The position numbers and the translations under genes were made by a program. A stretch of 63,897 bases of DNA, the filler included, from Chiloscyllium plagiosum (Eukaryota), in NCBI RefSeq assembly GCF_004010195.1. It is 6 parts of one record of this genome, joined end to end, with 100 filler letters (N's around TTAATTAATTAA, not from the genome) between each part and the next. Parts side by side here need not be neighbours in the genome. Positions count along the whole stretch, not along the records: positions 54,504 to 62,603 come from NC_057712.1; positions 62,704 to 63,897 come from NC_057712.1; 4 more parts are not named here. One strand, written 5' to 3'. A model generated the notes under the pieces. The model did no database searches and was not told the origin of the DNA. It saw nothing but the letters and a program-made list of their open reading frames with translations. Every line of letters starts with the position of its first letter. Within the stretch, counting starts at the first letter, position 1. Shown here piece by piece: positions 62,198 through 63,897 of the stretch.

Positions 62198-62885
62198 GAA
62201 ACCAGAGTCTAGATTAGAATAGTGCTGGAAAAGCACAGCAGTTCAGGCAGCATCCAAGGAGCAGTAAAATCGACGTTTCGGGCAAAAGCCCTTCATCGGG
62301 AATACAGGCAGAGAGCCTGAAGGGTGATGAGATAAGTGAGAGGAGGGTGGGGGTGGGGAGAAAGTAGCATAGAGTACAATAAGTGAGTGGGAGAGGGGAT
62401 GAAGGTGATAGGTCAGGGAGGAGAAGGTGGAGTGGATAGTGGAAGAGGAGATAGGCAGGTAGGACAAGTCCGAACAAGTCACGGGGACAGTGTTGAGCTG
62501 GAAGTTTGGAACTAGGGTGAGGTGGGGGAAGGGGAAATGAGGAAACTGTTGAAGTCCACATTGATGCCCTGGGGTTGAAGTGTTCTGAGGCGGAAGATGA
62601 GGCNNNNNNNNNNNNNNNNNNNNNNNNNNNNNNNNNNNNNNNNNNNNTTAATTAATTAANNNNNNNNNNNNNNNNNNNNNNNNNNNNNNNNNNNNNNNNN
62701 NNNACGAAGAGGCAGACATAGCTGGGGCCCATGCGGGTGCTCATGGCTACTCCTTTGGTTTGGAGGAAGTGGGAGGATTGGAAAGAGAAGTTGTTCAGGG
62801 TGAGGACCAGTTCAGTCAGTCGAAGGAGGGTGTCAGTGGAAGGGTACTGGTTGGTACGGTGGGAAAGGAAGAAGTGGAGGGCTTC
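62174..62885 (-). mobile_element. Penelope-like element (pLTR and GIY-YIG end, then RT fragment across the gap)
   Basis: Terminus aaaaacaatgactgcagatgctgg, hammerhead variant CCGATGA at about 62272-62299, and an RT GVAMSTRMGPSYVC motif at about 62714-62755. Confidence 0.85.
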
Positions 62886-63843
62886 TCCCTCTGCAATCTT
62901 AACCTACTGCGAATCTTCTTGCAAGGATGCCTACCTTGAAGAAGCTCTCCTCCTCCCTCTACAACATCCAGTCCCTATACACTTCCATCCCCCATCACGA
63001 AGGCCTCCAAGCCCACTCCCCTGAAGAACCCCTGCAGAGATGTCCTGGAGCTGAGATGACTGACCCTCCACAACCACAACCACCTTCCTATGTGCCAGGT
63101 ATGACTCTAACTACTGGAGAGTTTGGCTGGATTGGATTTGTCCGGCCTTTTGTGTACAGGACATAGCTGGGCAATTCCCTACATTGTCACTAGCTGCCAG
63201 ATTAGCTGAAGACTGGTATCTGTGATGCTGGGGACCATTGCAGGAGCCCGAGATGGATCATCCATAGATTACTGCAAAAGTTTCAGCCTTACCTTGTGCA
63301 CTGATGTGCTGGGCTCCTCCATCAGTGAGGAGCTTCTTCCTTCAGTAAGTTGTTAATTGTCCACCATTATTCACAACTGGATGTGGCAGGACTGCCGAGC
63401 TTAGATCGGATCCATTGGTTGTGGGATCGCTTAGTGCTGTCTATCACTTACTGTTTGGCATGAAGTGGCTTCACCAGGTTGACACCTCACCTTCAGGTCT
63501 GCCTGGTGCTGCTCCTGGCATGTCCTCCTACACTCTCTGTTGAACCAGGGTTGATCCCCTGGTTGATGGTAATGGTTGAGTGGGGGATATGCCGGGCCAT
63601 GAGGTTACAGATTGTGCTGGAGTACAGTCCTGCTGCTGGTGATGACCCACAGTGTCTCATGGATGCCCCGCCCTGAGTTGTTAGATCTGTTTGCAGTCTG
63701 TCCCATTTAGCAGGGTGGCAGTGCCACACAACACAATGGAGGGTATTCTCAATGTGAAGGTGGGACTTTGTCTCCACAAGCTGGATCAATGGTGCTGGAA
63801 GAGCACAGCAGGTCAGGCAGCATCGAGGAGCTTCAGCAAAATC

Positions 63844-63871
63844 GACGTTTCGGGCAAAAGCCCTTCATCAG
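63844..63871 (-). ncRNA. Minimal hammerhead core in a PLE pLTR arm (63781 to window end)
   Basis: The reverse complement reads CTGATGA-A-GGGC-tttt-GCCC-GAAA-CG-TC. Confidence 0.7.
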
Positions 63872-63897
63872 GAATAAAGGCAGAGAGCCTGAAGGGT

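Overview
Eukaryotic, repeat-dense intronic DNA, almost certainly from a cartilaginous fish (shark), inferred from HE1/V-SINE, DeuSINE and CR1/HER1-type repeats. The only host coding sequence I can support is three small minus-strand exons of an RMDN (FAM82) family gene, most like RMDN2: 36734-36809, 35409-35486 and 25744-25842, all with canonical AG/GT sites and continuous phase. Most of the rest is nested mobile DNA: many CR1 LINE fragments (one young 2.5 kb copy), a Rex1/Babar fragment, two lineages of Penelope-like elements (PLEs), a Gypsy LTR element whose RT-RNaseH runs straight into the PPT and LTR (Gmr1-like order), a CpG-rich probable retroviral LTR with hairpin tandem repeats, and several SINE families. 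The most striking pattern is a family of 120-1060 bp PLE-terminus insertions. They carry minimal hammerhead ribozyme cores (CTGAnGA-A-GGGC-n4-GCCC-GAAACGTC), are often palindromic with a core on each strand, and are flanked by 11-16 bp target-site duplications. There are six assembly gaps, five of them with an artificial TTAATTAATTAA linker. TE boundaries are approximate (read by eye) and family names come from recognition, not from a database search.
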